From Candidatus Bathyarchaeota archaeon (GTDB lineage Archaea; Thermoproteota; Bathyarchaeia; Bathyarchaeales; Bathycorpusculaceae): 64,000 bases of DNA. The notes under the pieces are model-generated. The model was not told the DNA's origin, made no database searches, and saw only the letters and a list, made by a program, of their open reading frames with translations. The stretch lies in the NCBI GenBank assembly GCA_963826715.1, contig CAWGYA010000007.1, forward strand, positions 96,001 through 160,000, read 5' to 3'. The number at the start of each line of letters is the position of its first letter. Within the stretch, counting starts at the first letter, position 1. The translations under genes and the position numbers were made by a program. Positions 59,853 to 64,000 of this stretch are shown here, piece by piece.

Positions 59853-60253
59853 ATGGTAAGCTCGGTGCCGGAGTGCGATGCTACGTTGCTGTCTACAACG
59901 AGAAACCTGTTGGTTTTGTTGCTGTTGTGCATACAAGGATGAAAGCCAATTACTTCCGGGTGAGTCGCCTGGTGGTTCTGCCCGATTACCAAGGAATAGG
60001 CTTAGGCAAACGGCTACTCAACTTCATCGCTGAACTCTACACTTCCCAAATCAACCTACCCTTCTATTTGGTTACTTCAAATCCTCAGCTTGTCCGAGGC
60101 AACTTGGGGAACTGGCGTGTGAAGCGTGTTGGGCATGGCACAGCTGGAAGCGAAGACACTAGAATAAACTCAGAACTCACCAAGAGCAACAGCAAACGAC
60201 GCCTAAGCGTAACCCTACAGTATATGCCTAAGCTGAAATCTGGAGGTTCTTAG
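59765..60253 (+). CDS. GNAT (Mom-like) domain reached by -1 frameshift at the A7 run
   Basis: KRSRPPVELKVYRCGNSMWKSFRQYHYL...SRLVVLPDYQGIGLG. Confidence 0.75.
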   Translation, partial: KKRSRPPVELKVYRCGNSMWKSFRQYHYLNGKLGAGVRCYVAVYNEKPVGFVAVVHTRMKANYFRVSRLVVLPDYQGIGLGKRLLNFIAELYTSQINLPFYLVTSNPQLVRGNLGNWRVKRVGHGTAGSEDTRINSELTKSNSKRRLSVTLQYMPKLKSGGS

Positions 60254-60408
60254 TGCCAAAATACTGCAAAGGCAAATGCGGCCGAAAAATCTCCTACCAA
60301 AACAAAACCGGCTATTGCAAAGAATGCTTTGGCCGTTTCATTCTTAGCCCTAAGGGTGCTAATGCAAGCAGGAGAGATACATCAAAACTAAAATCAACCA
60401 AAAGGTAG
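60253..60408 (+). CDS. 51-aa Zn-finger microprotein (not in ORF track)
   Basis: YCKGKC...YCKEC; GTG overlaps the GNAT stop, GGAGG upstream. Confidence 0.5.
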   Translation: MPKYCKGKCGRKISYQNKTGYCKECFGRFILSPKGANASRRDTSKLKSTKR

Positions 60409-60927
60409 AAACACAAAACTACTATGTAGTAATTCGCCATTTAACATTAATTTAAACTCAGCACTATGACCTGCAACCTTATTCATTACGTCAAGACCAG
60501 TCAGAATGCTCGCTTGTATAGTCTTTGATTCACCAGAACGAATGATACCTATAGGTTCATTCCAAGCGCTATAGTTTTCGCTTGAAACTCCAGTAATGTT
60601 CACACTTAAAAGCAAACCCTCTATATCATTGATGCCCTCGTTATGAATAGTGACGTTGATTAAGCAATCCATAGTCATTCCTGCTGGATTCCGCCAAGTG
60701 TTCCCAGATGAGAGAGAGACAATTTTTGCGATATTAATCATCGGGGTAGGAGTTGGGGAAGGAGTAGGCGTTGGGGTTGGACTAAGAGTTGGAGAAGAAG
60801 TGGGAGTGCTATTTGAAGGTGAAGGAGTGAATATTTGAATATTCTGCGTAAAATACCAAGCAGAAAATGTTATTCCCACTATAGCGATAAGAACAATGCC
60901 GTAAACAGTTTTTCTATCTATTATCAC
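60394..60927 (-). CDS. Membrane-anchored PT-linker + Ig-like (CARDB-like) surface protein
   Basis: TM, SPTPTPTP, INVTIHNEG...IRSGESKTI. Confidence 0.7.
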   Translation of the reverse strand: MIIDRKTVYGIVLIAIVGITFSAWYFTQNIQIFTPSPSNSTPTSSPTLSPTPTPTPSPTPTPMINIAKIVSLSSGNTWRNPAGMTMDCLINVTIHNEGINDIEGLLLSVNITGVSSENYSAWNEPIGIIRSGESKTIQASILTGLDVMNKVAGHSAEFKLMLNGELLHSSFVFLPFG

Positions 60928-61040
60928 TTATTTCAGCTTCCAAGTTTTCTATTTTAAGCAGTTAATTTGTCAGCTTAAGAGCTTTTTTGTCCACATTCCT
61001 ATACTAACCTTTGTCAACGTTTCTTGACCAAAACAAAGAG

Positions 61041-61074
61041 AGGGTGGATAGTCTAGTCGTGAGAAAAAGGTCTT
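61041..61074 (+). repeat. Intergenic motif copy 1
   Basis: AGGGTGGATAGTCTAGTCGTGAGAAAAAGGTCTT. Confidence 0.65.
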
Positions 61075-61114
61075 AATTGTCTCTATGAAGGGGTCAGTTT
61101 TGTTTCTTTGTTCC

Positions 61115-61366
61115 TTATCGTTTCATAATGAAAAATACATTGACTACTATAGTGAAGATAAAAATAAACAACGGATAATTGGGTAATGGCTCAATTAATG
61201 TTGGTGGATATTTAATTGAACTTTGAAAACTAACATCTATGAAAATACCTACATTACCTACAATCGTGTCTTTTAATAAAAAAAGGAGTTGCTCAATAGA
61301 CAGAAATAGAAACAAATCCATTATAACGTTAAACATGAGGATGATTGCTGTAAATCTTTTTGTCAT
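61115..61366 (-). CDS. Small 2-TM membrane protein
   Basis: 83 aa hydrophobic. Confidence 0.55.
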   Translation of the reverse strand: MTKRFTAIILMFNVIMDLFLFLSIEQLLFLLKDTIVGNVGIFIDVSFQSSIKYPPTLIEPLPNYPLFIFIFTIVVNVFFIMKR

Positions 61367-61438
61367 AGATAAACACCAATCGAATGTGATTCAATAAGTT
61401 CAGATTTGTTTTGACCTTGCTTAAAGATTTTACAATAA

Positions 61439-61657
61439 CTAAGAAGGGGTCTGTTTTGTTTCAGTTATTTTCATTTTTTGAATGATTATTGCGATAGTAA
61501 TTAAGACTACTCCGATAACCAAAAAAGCCACATTCAAATCCGATGCTAAATTCCAGCGGTGAGGGTAAAAGATGAAATTAAAAATTGAAAATACAAATAA
61601 AATAGTTCCAATGACCGATAGAAGACTAACGCTCATTCTTTTGGTTTGTTTGTCCAT
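61439..61657 (-). CDS. Small 2-TM membrane protein
   Basis: 72 aa hydrophobic. Confidence 0.6.
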   Translation of the reverse strand: MDKQTKRMSVSLLSVIGTILFVFSIFNFIFYPHRWNLASDLNVAFLVIGVVLITIAIIIQKMKITETKQTPS

Positions 61658-61720
61658 TTTTACTTAATCCTCAATCAAGTGTTAATTTGTTTTGACCTTG
61701 CTTAAAAGATTTAGCGTTAT

Positions 61721-61750
61721 AGGCAAGGTACATCCAAGCGTGGGAAAAAT
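61721..61750 (+). repeat. Intergenic motif copy 2
   Basis: AGGCAAGGTACATCCAAGCGTGGGAAAAAT. Confidence 0.5.
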
Positions 61751-61825
61751 GTACTTATTAGGCTGTAACAAGTCTTAATACTATTAGTTGTGAAGCCAAT
61801 ATTTAATCAAAGATGAAACCTTCCT

Positions 61826-62095
61826 ATGTCAACAAAAAGATTATTTCATTTTGTGTCAATACTTACTTTGGCAGTTTTTGCAATATTAGTAGGTCTGTTT
61901 CTTTTCAAATTAAGGTTCTTTGGTGATTCAGACATCTGGTGGTATGGTGCTCTTTTCCAAGTTGAACATTACAGTAACTCAGATGTATGGCTTTATGGTG
62001 CAGTAACAGGTTTTTTTGCATGGCTATTCTTAGGACTACTTATTGCAACGGCTTTTCTATTTTACAAACTCAGTATGGAGAAAAGGCTGCAATAA
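61826..62095 (+). CDS. Small 2-TM membrane protein with internal SD(I/V)W(W/L)YGA repeat
   Basis: 89 aa. Confidence 0.55.
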   Translation: MSTKRLFHFVSILTLAVFAILVGLFLFKLRFFGDSDIWWYGALFQVEHYSNSDVWLYGAVTGFFAWLFLGLLIATAFLFYKLSMEKRLQ

Positions 62096-62138
62096 GAGAG
62101 TTTGAAACATTGAAGTTAACCCTTGTCGTTACTTAGGC

Positions 62139-62172
62139 AGGGTGGGGTAGTCTATTGGTGGGAAAAGGTCTT
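62139..62172 (+). repeat. Intergenic motif copy 3
   Basis: AGGGTGGGGTAGTCTATTGGTGGGAAAAGGTCTT. Confidence 0.65.
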
Positions 62173-62269
62173 GAAATTTTGATAAGTCCAGAAAACTGGA
62201 CTGATTATTATTTACCGTTTAAGGCTGGTCTACAAAATAGGGATTAAATACGTTAATAGATATTTATGA

Positions 62270-63148
62270 TTGCAAGGAAGAACCAACATGGAAGACCTGA
62301 ATCGGATAGAACAAGACAAGCAAAGGGCAGAAGTATTTGACGCACTAGGTCATCCGACACGGATACTTATTCTTAAAGTCTTAAATGACGGTTCACTTGG
62401 GTTTGCAGAGTTAAAGAAGAAGACAGCTATTGAGAGTAGCGGACATCTGCAACATCATTTAACAAAACTCAATGGGTTGATAAAGACTGATGAATACGGC
62501 AAGTACTGCTTATCAGAACAAGGTAAAGATGCCTTACTAACCGTTCAAACAGTAGAGAATGCGTCACCCAAAAAAGAGGCAAAAGAGCAGGGAAAAAAAC
62601 ACTTAAAGGTGGGTTTAAAACCAGTTGTTGTCCTACTTACCGTTCTGTTAATTACAAGTTCGGCAATTGCAATATATGAATACAACCAAACGCTAATTCT
62701 AGAGAAGGGCAGTCTTTCTCCACAAATCCTTACTTCCTACAGTAGCGTAAACAATGGTTTGCAATTATCTATAACTCTTCACTTAGGCAAGACCCAATAT
62801 AAAATAGGTGAAGTAGTACCCATAACCTTCACCATTAATAATGTAAGCAACCAAACACTAACCTTCACTAACGTAAATGGCAACGCAAATTTCAACTTCC
62901 AAGTATACAATGGCAATAACAAAGAAGTTTACTCTTGGGTGCTTGGGGCTTATCCACTAACTAATGCATCTATACCTTTGAATCCAAACGGAAGCTATGC
63001 ACAAACGCTTAACTGGAATTCTGAAGTAAACCTATCAGGATTTTCACAGGCAAAGGCAGGAGTATACTATATAATAGGTGAAATTGGTGAAAACCAGCCA
63101 TACCAATTCCAAACAACACCACTTGCGATAACAATTGCTACCTCATAA
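62270..63148 (+). CDS. ArsR-like wHTH - TM - extracellular Ig-like (BsuPI-like) one-component regulator
   Basis: FDALGHPTRILIL...SSGHLQHHL; TM; YKIGEVVPITFTINN. Confidence 0.8.
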   Translation: MQGRTNMEDLNRIEQDKQRAEVFDALGHPTRILILKVLNDGSLGFAELKKKTAIESSGHLQHHLTKLNGLIKTDEYGKYCLSEQGKDALLTVQTVENASPKKEAKEQGKKHLKVGLKPVVVLLTVLLITSSAIAIYEYNQTLILEKGSLSPQILTSYSSVNNGLQLSITLHLGKTQYKIGEVVPITFTINNVSNQTLTFTNVNGNANFNFQVYNGNNKEVYSWVLGAYPLTNASIPLNPNGSYAQTLNWNSEVNLSGFSQAKAGVYYIIGEIGENQPYQFQTTPLAITIATS

Positions 63149-63200
63149 TGCTTATCCGACAATTTGTTTCTTAACAAGCGTTCTTTATCTACAATTACAG

Positions 63201-63232
63201 ATGGTGGATACACCCAACTGTGGGAAAAGGTC
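63201..63232 (+). repeat. Intergenic motif copy 4
   Basis: ATGGTGGATACACCCAACTGTGGGAAAAGGTC. Confidence 0.6.
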
Positions 63233-63259
63233 AATGTTTATCTCAGCAGGTTTTTCTTC

Positions 63260-63772
63260 TTAAGGATTTGTAACTGTTAGGCTGAAGGTGTCTCCGCTTT
63301 TGTTTGTCAACTGACTATTTCCAAAAGCAATGACCATTGTGTAATCACCTATTGGGATATCTTTTGCCAATTCAACTGTCAAAATTGAAGAGTTAGTTTG
63401 CATAGAGGCAATATTGATGGAATTGGGATTAAATGTGTAATTGAAAGTTTTTTCTTGTGGCGAAATATCATAATAGGTCCAATTTGAAAACCTCAAAGTA
63501 AGATTCTCAAAAGGTATGGATATTTCTGTTTCAAGAAAAGATTTTAAGGTAACATTTACTTGAAAAGTTGCGCCTTGGGCAACATTTGGATGAAACGGAG
63601 AAACATCTGATGTAATCATTTGTTCGGGTTTAAAAGGAATCAGCCCAATTGGTCTATTTAACCAGTAATACCCACCAATTAAAAGAGAAGCGAATAAAAT
63701 AGCAATTAATGCTCCTATAGCTAATTTGCTATTCAAGCTTATCCCTATAATCCATGGTATTTCAAGTCGCAT
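63260..63772 (-). CDS. Membrane-anchored Ig-like surface protein
   Basis: TM then VAQGATFQVNVTL...SILTVEL...PIGDYT. Confidence 0.65.
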   Translation of the reverse strand: MRLEIPWIIGISLNSKLAIGALIAILFASLLIGGYYWLNRPIGLIPFKPEQMITSDVSPFHPNVAQGATFQVNVTLKSFLETEISIPFENLTLRFSNWTYYDISPQEKTFNYTFNPNSINIASMQTNSSILTVELAKDIPIGDYTMVIAFGNSQLTNKSGDTFSLTVTNP

Positions 63773-63820
63773 TTAAGTCTAGGCTTTAGAACAGTCTCTA
63801 TCTTCAGCTATACTTGCTTA

Positions 63821-63848
63821 AGATAGGTACAATATCGCTGGAAAGGTC
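63821..63848 (+). repeat. Intergenic motif copy 5 (degenerate)
   Basis: AGATAGGTACAATATCGCTGGAAAGGTC. Confidence 0.35.
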
Positions 63849-64000
63849 ATTGAGCTGGTTTTGTGGTTTTTTGATGCCTTCTAAAAAGCAAAACAGAAAT
63901 GGCAATAATCACAATTATAGCCAATATAACGCCAACAGGTAATAAGTAATCTATCGGTTCAGAATGTGGTGGATTTTTTGGTGGGAGATATTCACTGTCT
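63847..64000 (-). CDS. 3' end of a surface protein with C-terminal TM anchor (truncated by window)
   Basis: ...PIDYLLPVGVILAIIVIIAISVLLFRRHQKTTKPAQ*. Confidence 0.55.
   Translation of the reverse strand, partial: DSEYLPPKNPPHSEPIDYLLPVGVILAIIVIIAISVLLFRRHQKTTKPAQ

Noticed and set aside
60740-60830. Tandem DNA repeat
   Set aside because: Explained by the Pro/Thr linker coding sequence; likewise near 10740-10850 and 50610-50640.
61041-63848. CRISPR array or classical integron attC sites
   Set aside because: Copies are degenerate, 400-1100 bp apart with genes between them, and lack R''/R' hairpin symmetry; no cas gene or IntI-type integrase was recognised.

Overview
Archaeal mobile-element hotspot with no housekeeping genes. 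The host is probably Bathyarchaeia-like; this is inferred from the protein families and is not proven. The centre (7604-55993, ~48.4 kb) is a head-tail provirus bounded by 16-bp direct repeats matching a tRNA 3' end (15/16 identical), each flanked internally by one arm of a 17-bp inverted repeat. It carries a tyrosine integrase, a complete HK97-type siphovirus morphogenesis module with glycoside-hydrolase-bearing virion proteins and a G-T frameshift, and an ABC-ATPase/GNAT fusion beside the terminase. Over 20 kb is defence cargo: a dndBCDEA phosphorothioation cluster (dndC frameshifted, dndD apparently starting at ATA), a pbeABCD-like module whose last gene is fused to a Schlafen/AlbA_2 domain, and an island of GIY-YIG+DGQHR, TPR, JAB, PD-(D/E)XK and HEPN-like genes with several pseudogenes. 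Left of the provirus are a second integrase, RHH regulators and two secreted protein/small membrane protein pairs. Right of it are an MTase/ParB/frameshifted ABC-GNAT operon and a run of surface or membrane genes separated by a recurring ~30-bp same-orientation motif that resembles a gene-cassette array. All calls come from reading the sequence and motifs by eye; no database searches were run.
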